This document shows, one piece after another, positions 14,365-27,960 of a stretch of DNA of 64,000 nt. The translations under genes were made by a program, and so were the position numbers. The stretch covers positions 67,704,001-67,768,000 of the forward strand of contig OX597826.1 in NCBI GenBank assembly GCA_951406725.2, read 5' to 3'. The stretch's first letter is position 1. The number at the start of each line of letters is the position of its first letter. The stretch is from Octopus vulgaris. Lineage: Eukaryota. The notes below the pieces were generated by a model. The model made no database searches, was not told where the DNA came from, and saw only the letters and a program-made list of their open reading frames with translations.

Positions 14365-14612
14365 GCTCAATAGTATAGATTTACCTCCCACAAAAATGCT
14401 GATCTTGTGCCTAAATAAACAACCAAGGCTCGATAGTAAATATTTACCGCTCTCAAAACTGCTGACCTTGTGCCTAAATAAACAATCAGAGCTCGATAGT
14501 AAAGCTTTTCCTCCCTCAAAGCTGCTGACCTTGTGCCTAAATAAACAATCAGGGCTCGATAGTAAAGATTTACCTCCCTTAAAATTGCTGGCCTTGGGTC
14601 TAAATAAACAAC
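14365..14612 (+). repeat. Minisatellite, 4 x 63 bp
   Basis: Units start at 14365, 14428, 14491 and 14554 (gctcgatagtaaa...ccttgtgcctaaataaacaa). Confidence 0.92.
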
Positions 14613-15543
14613 CGTTATTACTGAATGCTTTGTCTTCACTGTGATTTTTCAACAGCCAAAAGATAAGAGTTAAATTTGTGTGTATTAGTTCCTCCCTTCC
14701 TTGGCTATGAACTACTACGAGGAATTACAATCTATATAATAGAATAAGAAAGGGAAACAGCCAACCAAGAATCGAAACTACAAAGCGAAATCAATAAAAT
14801 TCTCGGACGTTCTACAACTTCTTCTGCTGTATGTTGTCCAAATTTCGATTAGATATTTTTCATTAAATGAGATCTAAATGTTGAAATTGATTTAATGATT
14901 GCTAAGTTTAACGTCCGGAAAATACCCACGTTGATGGATAATCTTCATATACCGGATTATATTGAATTGGCCAGTCTGTGAATGACAGAGCGATTAACTC
15001 CCGAGTGATTCATAATGTAAGGTTGGGTCATCAACTGTCACCAATACGTGGCTCTCGTCATTCAGTTTCCAAAGATTAAAGTGATAATCGCTTTGAGGTT
15101 TAATAATAGTAGATGTTTCATAACAGAAGCAGCAACAGCAACAGTAACAACAACAAGAAAAATTGTGATAATGCTAATGTTGACGATGAAGGAATAGGCA
15201 AAGGGTGTTTACGAGACGAAAACGGACATATTTATTATGGAGGTGGTATAGACGGCAGAAGTCGCTCTACTACCCTTTGTACAATAAATTTTAGCGACCC
15301 TGAAGTGATGCAAAGTAAGCCCAACTCACGCATGATTTGAATTACCGAACCAAGAGGAATTGCAACTCAGCTCTTTAAGGTACCAAATGATTTCCGCTAT
15401 TCTATTACTTCATCACAGAGACGTAAGTTTGAAGGCGAGAAGACTACATGTATAATCATGTCTCTTTCGTAGGCTGCTCCTTGTTTTATAGAACTTGGAT
15501 GAACAATAAATGTGACATAAGTAGAAAATCAAAATCAAGTAGT

Positions 15544-15827
15544 TTGTTCCTTCTCGAGCCACATTTGGCTCATAAGGGCCGGTTTTCCGGTTTCCTTGCG
15601 GTATAGGTTCCCCACCTAAACGGGATGAGCAGGTGAGCTGCAAGATGCAGGATGAAAGAGTGAGAGAAAGTTGTGGCGAAAGAGTCCGCAGTCATTACCT
15701 TCTGTCGGAGCCGCATAGAGCTTAGGTGTTTCGCTCATAAACACACATCATCACCCGGTCTGAGATTTGAACACGCGAGCCCTCGATCAGGTGTCCGCTG
15801 CTCTAACCACTAGGCCATGTGCCTACA
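15544..15827 (-). mobile_element. tRNA-derived SINE (family D-like head, RTE-type tail) with 14-bp target-site duplication
   Basis: Head ggcacatggcctagtggttagagc; TSD caaaatcaagtagt at 15530-15543 and 15828-15841. Confidence 0.88.
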
Positions 15828-16744
15828 CAAAATCAAGTAGTAAAGGGACGTAAATAATAAATTAGCAGATTAATATAAATCATTTAGTCCAATTCATTAG
15901 GATTCTGCTATCCGTCACTCACTTGCAAGCAAATTCATTTATATAATATTAATTTATAACATAGGCAAAAGGCCAAGTGGGAAGGAAGCGCCGATTATAT
16001 TGACTCCGGATATGTGAAAGACAAAGTTGTCCTCTGCAAAAGTTCAGCTCATTACGTAAAAGACGGTCACTAAATGTAGCAAGTTATCTTCTCCGACCTT
16101 CTGTACAACACATACAATACATCACATACCAACCTTCTGCATAATACAACACATGCCCTTACATAATAGATTCCTCAACACTTTCTTTACAGTTGTCATC
16201 GTTGATATAGCATTAATCTCACAAAGACATTTATTACACTAGCGATTCCGAGAAATGTGCATCCCAGGAAATTGTTGATTAATTTTAGCATCCCCACAAA
16301 GATATTATCACTTTTCAACAAGGGGATGTCGATTTTATAATAATTGATTAATTATTTTCGCTTTAAAATTTGAGCCACACACAATACTGTGGATGAGCAA
16401 TTTGAACAAAAATAAAATGAAATAAAATAAGACATTTGACTCAGTGGTTAAAATGCAAATCTGATTTAAAGGGAAAAACCCCTCCAAATAAAATTCTAGT
16501 TGTGAACGAAAGCCGATGACTTCTTTGTTCCTGCTTCGCATTCGTGATTTAATGAAATTGTGAAATTTTCTTGGTATTCAATTGGAATCAGGTGACTCGG
16601 TGATTTGTACCTTGATTGACAAAAGAGAACTGAATCCAGATTACGTAAGTCACTGAAATTGGAATGAGAACAGTTTTTGGAGATAATCTGCTAAGTTTAA
16701 AATAGACACATGAAGAGTAAAAAAGCTCTTATTCTGTGGTATTT

Positions 16745-16950
16745 TATCTTTTGTATTTTGGTTGTTTCAGTCATTAGAAGTCAACCATGCTGGAGCAATG
16801 CCATGAAGAATTTTAGTCGGAAGAATCGACTTCAGCATTTATTTCCTTTTTAGCCTAGTACTTATTCTATCGAGCTTTTGCCGATGTGGTAAGTTAAGGG
16901 GACGCAAAAAAGAACATGAACACCGATTGTCAAACGCTAGTGGGAGGTAT
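16745..16950 (-). mobile_element. SINE family A, diverged 3' part
   Basis: tgtttcagtcatt...ccatgctggagca...tagcctagtacttattctatcg. Confidence 0.75.
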
Positions 16951-17024
16951 ATATAGAATATAGACACACGCGCGCGCACTCATACATTCACGCGTACACA
17001 TCAACATACATACATGCATATACA

Positions 17025-19386
17025 AATAATGGCTGCCCCCTCGTTATTGAGTATAGCCATTGCACAAAGCTTAACTGTTATCGGTGCTGTGATCAAATGT
17101 GACTTTTTAGTCCAGATAATGATCTACAATGTCTTGTACAGAATTGGCAGCTGATTCAAAAATTCATCAAAGTGTTCTCGCCACCTTCGCAGTATTCCTT
17201 GTGAATCACGAAGAAGTTCTTTACCATCCCTGCTTTGAAGAGGTGTCATCAGAGAAGTCAGTCCGTAAACTTCTCGCAAGGGACCATACAACAGCATTAT
17301 GTTATTGGAATCCGACGCCGCCTGTATCTCATCAGCCTTCTTACTCCACCACGTATCCCTCATCTGAGAGAGCCTCCACCTCACACGTGATTTTACATCC
17401 TTGAGTTCCCTATGCAACACTTCCCTGTCCTGTGGCTGTGCTGACAAATAGCGTGACAAAGTACATCTTTCATGAGCTAATAAATCATCTATATGTTCAA
17501 CATTTTCTTTAAACCAATCTTGATGCTTTCTTTGTATCAATCTCAGAACTTTCTTGCCTGTATCATAAACTGACTTTTTAACGGTCGCCAATCCTCCCCA
17601 ATATCTGCAACATTCATTTCCTCTCGTAAAGTTATCTTCACACTATTAAATCTAAGACGATTAACATTCAGTCTTTTAGGCAGGGTAATCCCTGCAGCCC
17701 GGATTTTACATTTTGTGACTAATTTCAGTTTTGCACGTACTAGGCACTTCTCAGTCCAACACTCAGCCCCACGAAGAACACGAACACACTACACACCTCG
17801 TCTGTCATGCACTCTAACAAGGATGTAATCAAGGATATGTCATTCTTTAGATGCAGGGTGTATCCATGTGGTCTTAAACTTATTCTTTTGTTGAAACATG
17901 GTATTGGTAACACACAGATGCAGCTGCTCATACATCTGCAGTAGAAGCATGCCATTGCTATTACACTTTCCCAACTCATACTTTCCATTTACAGCCCATG
18001 TGTTAAAATCCCTACCCACTCTAGTCACCCAGTACGATGACTTTGTCTGCCCGAGGGATATATCTTATAATGCCCTTCAAAGCTTGGTAGAAAGAAACGT
18101 TTCATCATCAGTATAGCACATAGTTGGAGCATACATACTCACCAAGGTCACATAATTTCCTTTAACCAAAGGAATTCTCATGGACATAAGACGCTCGTTA
18201 ATCCCGACTGGAAAATCTTCTAACTTGTCCACAAGAGTAGTTTTACTCCAGCCTCTCCTTTAACTCTTTATTCCTCTCTTTCCAAACGAATGTATATTTT
18301 CCACAAGATTCTGTAAGGTGACCATCTCCAGCTAATCTTATCTCACATAAAGCAACGATGTCAAGATCATAGCGTCGAAGCTCCTTCGCAACAAGCGCAG
18401 TCCTTCGTTCAGGACATTCAGAGGACTCGCGGTCAAGCAGCGTCCGTACATTCCAACAGGCCATATTCAATATTTCATTTCGTTCTATCACAGTAGCATG
18501 ATGACGGCCGGGATCAGACTGTGATGTTCTGGAGCTCCTGCCAGGGCAGACTCTTTCATCTGATGTGGTTCCAGAGTCCATACTGCGATATATTTTAATA
18601 CTGTTTTGGTACATCATTGATTATTTGCTTTTTAAGGCTACAACCAGCCATTCAGTTGAGAATCACAGCAATATCAACAATCATGGATTAGTTAATCAAT
18701 TTAATCAATCAAACAATGTTGTTATCGTGCAATGCCTGTGCAAGAAGATTATTTTTTTAAATGAGGAAAGGTTTGCACTGAATCAATCCCACTCACTAAG
18801 CAACAGCAGCCATAATCCGAAAAGAAGAACAAGTCAACATCATCGGTAACCACTGAGCCGCAGGTTTTATGTCGGAGTTATTCCAGTTACCTGAGTTGAC
18901 TTCTCCCTGAAGGATGCCCTAACAAAGGCTAGGAGTCCTTCACTTCCAATGGTTTAACCGCGCGGTCTGGTACTCAGTCTGATTATTTCTATGTCCTCGA
19001 GCAAGATATAAGCGAAAAAGCCCCTAAGATATATAAAAATATTGATATTCAAAATATACATAAAATATACGATATGAAGTATATAAAAATATATATAAAA
19101 ATTACATATAATGAGCAGTCTATAAAAATATACAATATATAAAAATTAGTGAGAAAAAGGGAGACATACAGTAAGTATATAATTACTCATATATTGGATG
19201 GCCATTGACTCTCAAGCGTTCCTCCACCCTTTGACGGGTTTTATTTTTCATCCCGCAGGGTGTCCAATAAACATCCTCCTTACCAAGCAAGCTTGGTGGG
19301 GTTGCCGGTTTAGTCGCTGACGGCCCGAGCAGGCGGCAGGTTGTACTGGGTTACATGATACCAGTAGCACTCGAAAGTGACCTGAC
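17025..19386 (-). mobile_element. RTE-clade LINE, internally deleted (5' leader + APE endonuclease + linker fused to 3' end)
   Basis: ACWNVRTLLD...ERRTALVAKELRRYDLDIVAL, GRDFN, NSNGMLLL, TNTMFQQKNKFKTTWIHP, RRWREHFDEFLN; 17025-17152 matches the 3' end at 27833-27960; bounded by (TACA)n. Confidence 0.9.
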
Positions 19387-19518
19387 ATACATGCATGCAT
19401 ACATACATATACACACATACATACATACATACATACACTCATACATACATACATACATACATACATACATACACACGAACATACATACATGCACTAATTC
19501 ATACATGCACTCATTCAT

Positions 19519-19589
<71 letters not shown>

Positions 19590-19592
<3 letters not shown>

Positions 19593-19735
19593 GCTTCGTT
19601 CAGTTTCCGTCAAACAAATCCACTCACAAGGTTCGAAGCTATAGTAGAAGATTTTTGCCCAAGGTGTCACCTAGTGTGTCTGAACCTGGGTCCATTTGGT
19701 TGGGAAGCAAGTTTATTACCACGCATTCGTGCCTA
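19590..19735 (-). mobile_element. SINE family A, 5' part
   Basis: cagtttccgtc...aaatccactcacaagg...ttgcccaaggtg. Confidence 0.75.
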
Positions 19736-19819
19736 TAGAAAGAACATTGTTTTAGAGAGTCAGTTTATAAAATTATTCCGTAGAGTGATCTTAATAATGT
19801 ACGTATTTTGTCATACGGT

Positions 19820-20270
19820 AACATGTGAGGAATCTTCGAACACTGAAGAAATTTGTGAGGCCAACGTTTTCTTCGCTCTCCGCACACCTACTGTGCAGCT
19901 CCGATTGATAGCGCTTCTGTGCTCGTAGACCTACTCATAAACAACAAGTAGTGTCCCTTGAAATACTACCAAACGGACGTTTTGATTTGTTTTTACAAGA
20001 TATCCATGGGCCTCGATGCAAAGATATCTGCAATGAATTATTCAATTTCTTTCTCAGCATGTTGTCGTTCAAACTGCAATAGAATGTCACCATATTGCTT
20101 CGTCTTGTGTGACAAGTAGTTTCTGAGCGCTTAGAAATATTTCAGATACCAAGCACTCAAACTTGATTTCTGCTAGCCATATCAGTCATAATCATATTGC
20201 GTTCGTAAATATGTAAGACTACATTATTTAATGCTTGCATGATTTCTCAAAACCGCAGGGTGAGACTGAT
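19820..20270 (-). mobile_element. Highly decayed LINE RT-like fragment
   Basis: Minus strand tgcggttttgagaaatc resembles the Q-GFR RT motif; many frameshifts. Confidence 0.3.
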
Positions 20271-20484
20271 AGTAGATTTTTCTGCTATTGCTTGTAGTGC
20301 GATCACCTCATTCAATATTTTTTGTTGTTTTTTGTGGCTGAGAAATTAGTAACGTTCTCAACATTGTTCGCTTGTAGTTTGGACATTATCAAGACGTTCG
20401 CAGTTCAAATGTGGTTTATATAGTTTTTTTCTTTTTGTTTAAAAATTATCACTATAATGTAGTTCAAATATAATCGAGATGGCA

Positions 20485-20585
20485 ATTTTGAGAAGGACTG
20501 AGAATGCAATGATGAAAGGCTGTTTGATAAGAGAAGGACTGAGGACTCGATGGGGATGCTGCGGTTGGAGAAATCAGTGGATCAA
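20485..20585 (+). mobile_element. RTE-like LINE C-terminal fragment
   Basis: LRRTENAMMK / DKRRTED.MGMLRLEKSVD resembles the post-RT region of RTE elements. Confidence 0.45.
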
Positions 20586-20900
20586 CGTGTCTGAGCGTGT
20601 CTCGCGCTCCACTGAGATTCAGACAGGTTTGAAGCGGTCATACCACTCTTTGATCTGAGTTCTCTCAATAACATCATCGCGAAAGGCCTGCCAAATATTC
20701 TTAAAGCTTTGAGCTGAGTACCTCCATGCTTTTGACAAAACTTGATGTAATACCTCTCTGACGTGTTCGGTGATCTTGCGTGAAATGGAAAATCCGACGA
20801 GCGCACACCACACATCTGCATTCTAAGCGTAATACCCGGAAACTGACACGGCTCACCGTCGCAAAATTTTCCCACATATTCAGAAAGGGAGAAGTCACGT
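20586..20900 (-). mobile_element. Mariner transposase 5' fragment
   Basis: ERYYIKFCQKHG / IWQAFRDDVIERTQIKEWYDRFK = mariner N-terminal HTH, frameshifted. Confidence 0.8.
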
Positions 20901-21023
20901 CCCACGAAAACGATTTTGTTCAGACAATATCAGTGTGGGCAGAAAATTATATGTCTGATAACATTTTTGAATGCAACTTGTATTCGATATTCAGAGAATT
21001 ATTATCAGATCTTCGTAGTTAGT

Positions 21024-21194
<171 letters not shown>

Positions 21195-21520
21195 TCAAAT
21201 TATAAATCTGAACAAATAAGATACTATAATTTGAGCATTATCAGAATATATTCGTTCAGACATTATTAATATATTTAATCGGAAGATTACAATTGTACTG
21301 TAGTTTGGATATTATCAATATATTCCAGCTTGATGCAACGGGAACTGTTCTAAGCTGCTGATAAATTTGCTGAAGGCAACCGCCACAACAATCCTCAAAT
21401 CAAGCGCTAATGTTTTCGAACACAAGCAAAAGGGAAGTGGAATAATATTATTTTTAAGATCGTTATAGGATGATCACGAACCGATTAGCTCTTCTGAATG
21501 GTTTGAGCAGGTTCGGTATG

Positions 21521-21730
21521 AGGAGCTGGCAGAATCGTTAGCACGCCGGGCGAAATGCTTAGCGTTCTGGGTTCAAATTCCGCCGAGGTCGACTTTGCCT
21601 TTAATCCTTTCGGGGTCGATAAATTAAGTACCAGTTTCGCACTGGGGTCGATGAAATCGACTTAATCCGTTTGTCTGTCCTTGTTTGTCCCCTCTATGTT
21701 TAGCCCCTTGTGGGTAGTAAAGAAATAGGT
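21521..21730 (+). mobile_element. SINE family B (Meta-like central domain)
   Basis: gagctggcagaatcgttagcacgccggg, ggttcaaattcc B-box, tcctttcggggtcgataaattaagtaccag. Confidence 0.9.
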
Positions 21731-22456
21731 ATACAATAACATCGTCAGCAGCAGTATCGACAGCAGCAGTAGCAGCCGTCCAAGAATTTGGACCTGGAGA
21801 TCTCCATTTCAAGCGACTTCGAGGGACACCTCCCAGTGGTGTCGTGTGTTAACGAAGAGCCCTCGACCAAAGGTTTCTTTTTCCAAGGGCCTCCCGCTCC
21901 TAAGCCCTAGACCATCACCTAATCACCCTTACCCGTCTTGTTGCTTAACAACAACAACAACAACATCAGCAACAGTAGCAGTAGTAGCAACGATAAGATC
22001 AAGTTCAACATAATTTGAAAGCTCTGTAACTTACATTGCAGTGAATTTTCACCTATATTTTAGAGTATCTGTACTTTCCTATCATATCTGTATGATATTT
22101 AAACGACCCGGATTGTGCGGAATTTTATCTGTTATTCTATAAAAGATTACAGAGAGCAAAGAAGTGAAGAAATTTAGAGAAATAACGGTGACCTGTTTGA
22201 CCTGGCTTTTATTTCAAATGGTTCAGTAACTGCGTCAACGTTTAATATCTCTGTTTTCAGCTTATCGACAAGAAACCGAGTGATTTTTAACACATTTGGC
22301 TTTCAGCAACCATATTGGAAAAGTCAATTTAAGATGGCTTTTCAATTTACTTTGTGTGTTCTGGCTTCAAACAATGAAAGTCATATGGAGAAATTGTTTT
22401 TTGTTCTTGCTATTCTTTACTCCAATGGTCACACCGAAGAATATATGCGTATATAT

Positions 22457-22626
<170 letters not shown>

Positions 22627-24208
22627 GTATATATGTGTATATATATATATATACGATTATCTGGAAAATGTTAGTGCGAAGAATATGTTGGCTCAACAAC
22701 TGAACGAACATTCAATTTCCCTACATATTTGCTGGGCCTCATTCAACTATATTACACGGGGGAGACGCGTGTGTTTCCGAAGTTATAAACCGGGAGCCAC
22801 AACAAATTATCTCGTGGTATTCATAATTACATTCTTATCATCGCACCGAATTCTGTTGCATCGGTCTAACGGTATATTCATTAATTCGTGTAATGCGTAT
22901 TAGCATCTGAAACATATGCCATAAATATATAAATGGAAAGAGGACGTTTTATCTTCATAGAATAAATGAAAAGAAATGCCTTTTAAAAAGCATCATAGCA
23001 GCAATCTCTCAGTAAAATTAAACTGAATATGTCATGGCAAGATAGGAAACCGGTTTCTGATATCATAGGTCGTGGAACTATCCATAGAAATTTCGCTGGA
23101 TTTTTAATTGAATCAAGACCTACACCAATTAATTCTACAAAAAGGTTAGGGAAGATATCGCGATCGATTGCGTAAAGAGAAGAAAGAGCTACTGAGATGA
23201 AAAATATCCCAATTACTCACACTTCAACGCAAATCAATTGCGCCAGTATGCTACGCTCATTGAGTAGAAATATGCTACTCTATATATCAAACTATCTACA
23301 AAAAATGCGCAGCAAATAAAAGTATTTACACAGTACATTTTGCCCTTGAGAAATTTCTCAAAATCCTGAGCCTCGACCAAAGTAATAACCATATCAGAAA
23401 CGCCATTACGTAAAATGCTGTAGTGAAAAATATAGACAGATGAAAAAACAAGTCCGAGCTATATTTAAGCAGAATTTTCATTTTTACACCAGCAAGCCAC
23501 TAAAAGAAAAATACTGTTATGATCCAAATCAATAGAAAGCATATTGGCTTGATGTTATCCAGGATCGATCACGTTGCTTAACACCAACCAGCCTGACTTA
23601 AATCTCCTTGCCGCTAGATATTGTATGTTTTACTGTATTGTGATGTAATTACCATTCTCATTCAGATGGGAGTAATATAGACTGATCGACACGATAGCAT
23701 ACTGCCAAAATAACAAAATGGATTACTTCTCTGTGACAACACATCTTATAATTGAATACTACCATTGCATGCAAAGCGAACAATGACTCCACGAACTAAC
23801 TACATGGCTGCAACTTTATTGTGGCTATCCAAAATCATGTAACCTGCGAACTAGAAAGCTTGTGAATAATTTCCCTTAGATAGAAATACAGGCAGCAAGT
23901 CAAAAGGTGTTTTGGTGTCATAAATTTCAAGAGTACAAAGACTAAAAATCATAAATTGGATTTAAACATACAAATTTTCAAAGACAATGTTTTAAAATCT
24001 TTCTTTTCCTTTTGAATTCTCTAGAATTTTCAGTGCATTTTTTGGAAATGTTTGCAATACTACCAAATATAGAAATAACCTGATACATGATTATTGCTAG
24101 AGTATGGTTATGTTCTAAAACAATAGACGTATAACAGTCTTGATGGCAGTTACCTTAACAATCATCATACCTAAAAAAAAAAAAAAGTGAAACGCATTGT
24201 AGAAAGCA

Positions 24209-24348
24209 AAAATGACAGGTCCATAACATTAATTTTTACACAGGTGTCTTTATGTCTTTCTCCAAGCACTCTATGAAAAAATTACAGGTCCATAAGATTA
24301 ATTTTTACACAGGTGTCTTGAATGTTTTTCTCCAAGCACTCTATGAAA
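24209..24348 (+). repeat. Tandem duplication, 2 x ~69 bp
   Basis: acaggtccataa...tccaagcactctatgaaa at 24215 and 24284. Confidence 0.9.
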
Positions 24349-26198
24349 CGGTGGGAAGCAGAACAGATTCTGGGATCGTATAGAACATAATTTTAGTATT
24401 GAAACTTTGTTTCTAGAAATTAGACAGCATCACCAAACACTACCGCTTGTTTCACAAGAATACCAGGCAGCGCTATGCTCAGTACCTAGCCAATGAATGC
24501 TAAGGTAATTATTGCTAACGAACAAGCTTTAATAATCGAAACCATTGAAAGACTGATAAACAATCGCATTTTGTTCTCAGTAACAACTGAAGTTACAAAC
24601 AAATTTAAGTTAACGATGGGAATAATCTGTTTGTCATTCTTGTTATCTTGGCAGTGAATTTCTTGTTATCTCGGTTAAGGAAATGCCGAATTTACATACT
24701 AGATATGCCAAATACAAAAAAAAAAAAACCCAGAAAAAAAAAAACAGAAAAAAATCACCGTCGCTTACACTTTATTATTATTGAGAGAGAAAATAATAAC
24801 TCCCACCCTGTAATGCCTAACAGAAAATGTTGAGCGATGCTTGTTTGGAAGACTACACCCATATCATCATCAGGTAACAAAAATTGTTTGCAAAACAACT
24901 TCGTTCTCGTAAGACTTATGTTAACAGTTCTTACTACAATGCTAGGCGCAGATGGGATTGTCTTGACGCTTAAAGCAAAGAAGATCAGAAGTATAATGTA
25001 TTCACAATAACGGCGAAATATTCCAGTAAAAGCAACACTTTGGTTGCAAATGCAATAAATCTGATTTAGTTCTAGGAGTTAAAGAACAAAAGAGATCAGC
25101 TGCGAAGCAGATGTGAATTTGCCGTGTAAACATGTAGAAAAGGAGAACATCTATGGAGAGCTAATGCATACATTGGAAAACATGTATTTTCAGGTGCACA
25201 ATTTATCATAGTTGCACAGGGGTATTTAGTAACAAATTTAAACAATAACTTATGCATATATGACTTATGTACGGGAGTGTAGCAGAGTAGTTACAGGAAT
25301 ACACACACACATACACATTCCAAACATTCACACACATTTTATCTCTGTAAATATATCAACCGACATGCCCTCTCTCTCTTTCTCTTTCTCTCTCTCTTTC
25401 TCTCTATCTCTCTATATATATACACACACACGCATACACATATATATGCATTAAATTACAAACTCTGGAGCTGTTTTGGCTAAAAAGAAACCCAAAGAAT
25501 AAAGACAAATCTTACACAGATACATAGATATATAGGTGCAAACAAACAAACAAACATATGTACGTATATATATCTGTAAGTATATACGCCCGTATGTATT
25601 AAGCGAAGGGTGTGCATTGTTATAGACGTAAAATTTTCTCAGAATATATTTAGAACTCTATCTTCGAAAACAGATTTATTTATGAGAAGACATAATGATT
25701 TCTTTCACGGGATATTTAACTGATGTTCTAACAGTCGAGCTCCTGGAAATCCCGTGCTAATCTCAGAGGTAGCCGTTAGTTCCTGCCTATTTATCTACTA
25801 TTTCAAATAGTTCGCATGCACCGTATAGGAACTTCCTCGATTTATTTTTCTGTCTAGTTAACAATTGAGTAATAAAACAAGGAAATCAATAACAACACGT
25901 CTCACAATTTGCAAATAGAACTTAAGGCAATATGACGTACATATTTTGGTGGAAGTGAATAACAATATATTTGCTGTGAATACATTTATTCTATCCAACG
26001 GCATTGCTTACGTAAATGAATAAAAATGGCTTCGGAGATTGAAACCACGTGCACAACTTACGATTGCCTTTAGCTTACTTTATGTATGTATATGTGCATG
26101 TATGTAAGTATGTATGTATGTATGTATGTATGTATGTATGTATGTATGTATGTATGTATATGTGTGTGTGTGTATATATATATATATGTGTGTATATA

Positions 26199-26250
<52 letters not shown>

Positions 26251-26269
26251 CATATATTTATATATATAA

Positions 26270-26306
<37 letters not shown>

Positions 26307-26984
26307 TATACATATATATATATATATATTTAATTATATATATATATATATACATATTGAGCATATATACTTACAAGCTATACTTACAATATATTATATA
26401 TATATATATATATTGAGCATATATACTTACAACCTAAATGGCTTTCCTTGATGCACGCTTTTTTTTTATATACGTTGCCAATACTCTATAGATATTTATT
26501 GACAACGTCGTTATTAAGAGCTTATTGCCATAAGGAATATATACGTAATAGCATCATGCCGACGCTCTTCGTTACGTCTGCTTAATACGGAGAGTAGGTT
26601 TCGACTGTATTTCCTACACATCTACTCGTTAATTTTCTGTTTATCGGACGATTATCATTATTTATATAAGAAGCTGATTTTTGCACCATAATTATCGGAG
26701 CTACATTTGAAAGCATAGCTTCCTCTGTCTGTATTAATTCGCTGATGAAGAGGCCTGAGGAGATGGTTATTTATGTCAAATATGTATTGTCGTTTTATCT
26801 CATATCGCCAGAAACATTGTTGAAAAAAAAAAAAAAGAAAGATGCGTAATATACTTCTAATTGATTTCAATATCTGTTTCGTAATCTGAATCTCTGCACC
26901 TGCCTACATACATGTCTTCTTCTATATTTGTTTGTATATCTGTTTGTCTCTCTCTCTCTCTTTACCTATCTATTTATCTATCTT

Positions 26985-27105
<121 letters not shown>

Positions 27106-27183
27106 TCTATCTAGAAATCTGAATGGCTGTCCGTCTGTGTATGTATGTATGTATGTATGTATGTATGTATGTATGTATGTATG

Positions 27184-27211
<28 letters not shown>

Positions 27212-27214
<3 letters not shown>

Positions 27215-27580
27215 CAGCGATGCCCTTCTTGACATCCCTCCTTACTTTCTCATGTGCAACTCGAGATTTCTCAAAAGTGGCTGTTCCCTCATGCACAATC
27301 CTTCTCCACCTGCTACGATCAATAGCTATGTCTTCCCATGTGTCAGTAGAGATGCAAGCATCTCTTAAGGAAGCCTTTAGCAAGTCCTTATACCTCTTTT
27401 TTGGTTTATGTGGAGGTCGTTCTCCTTTAGCTAACTCTCCATAAAAGAGTTGTTTTTGGCATCCTTGAATCCTTCATCCTGACCAGATGAGCACTTCACC
27501 TGAGCCTTTGCTTTAACACAAGAGCTTCTATACTTTCACACCGAGAGCCTTCCAATATTTCAAGATCAAGGGAAGGGTCC
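27212..27580 (-). mobile_element. RTE LINE post-RT segment (inverted 5' part of one insertion)
   Basis: HLVRMKDSRMPK/LFYGELAKGERPPHKPKKRYKDLLKASL...WEDIAIDRSRWRRIVHEG. Confidence 0.88.
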
Positions 27581-27960
27581 TCCTTTGATGCTGACATGCT
27601 ACGTCTGTGCAAGACCCTGCCTCAGTAAAGCTGGACTCAAGTGTCATCTTCGTAGTCATAAAACGAGAGAGATCAGTGACAACCTGACCACTGATTGTGG
27701 TGTAACACACCATACTAATCATATCTGTCGGGCATGTGGAAGAGAGTGTAATTCGGCAGGAGGACTTAAACGACATGCAAAGGTACATGAAGCCCAGTTA
27801 CAACTACAACCGGCTATTACCAGTAAAAGTTTTAGTTGCCAATTTTGTACAAGACATTGTAGATCTTTGGCTGGGCTAAAAAGTCACATTCGATCACAGC
27901 ACCAGTAACAGTTAAGCTTCGTGCAATGGCCATACTCGATGACGAGAGGGCAGCCATAAT
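27581..27960 (+). mobile_element. RTE LINE 3' end encoding three C2H2 zinc fingers, followed by (GTAT)n
   Basis: CYVC...GLKCHLRSH; CRAC...GLKRHAKVH; CQFC...GLKSHIRSQH; 3' UTR matches 17025-17080. Confidence 0.85.

Noticed and set aside
14365-14612. CRISPR-like regular array
   Set aside because: The whole 63-bp unit is conserved with no unique spacers, there are no cas genes, and the context is eukaryotic
26742-26825. CTGATGA...GAAAC hammerhead
   Set aside because: Stem I register and cleavage triplet do not fit; could be chance
27585-27908. Host C2H2 zinc-finger gene
   Set aside because: Continuous with the RTE 3' UTR and tail, and duplicated in the other RTE copy
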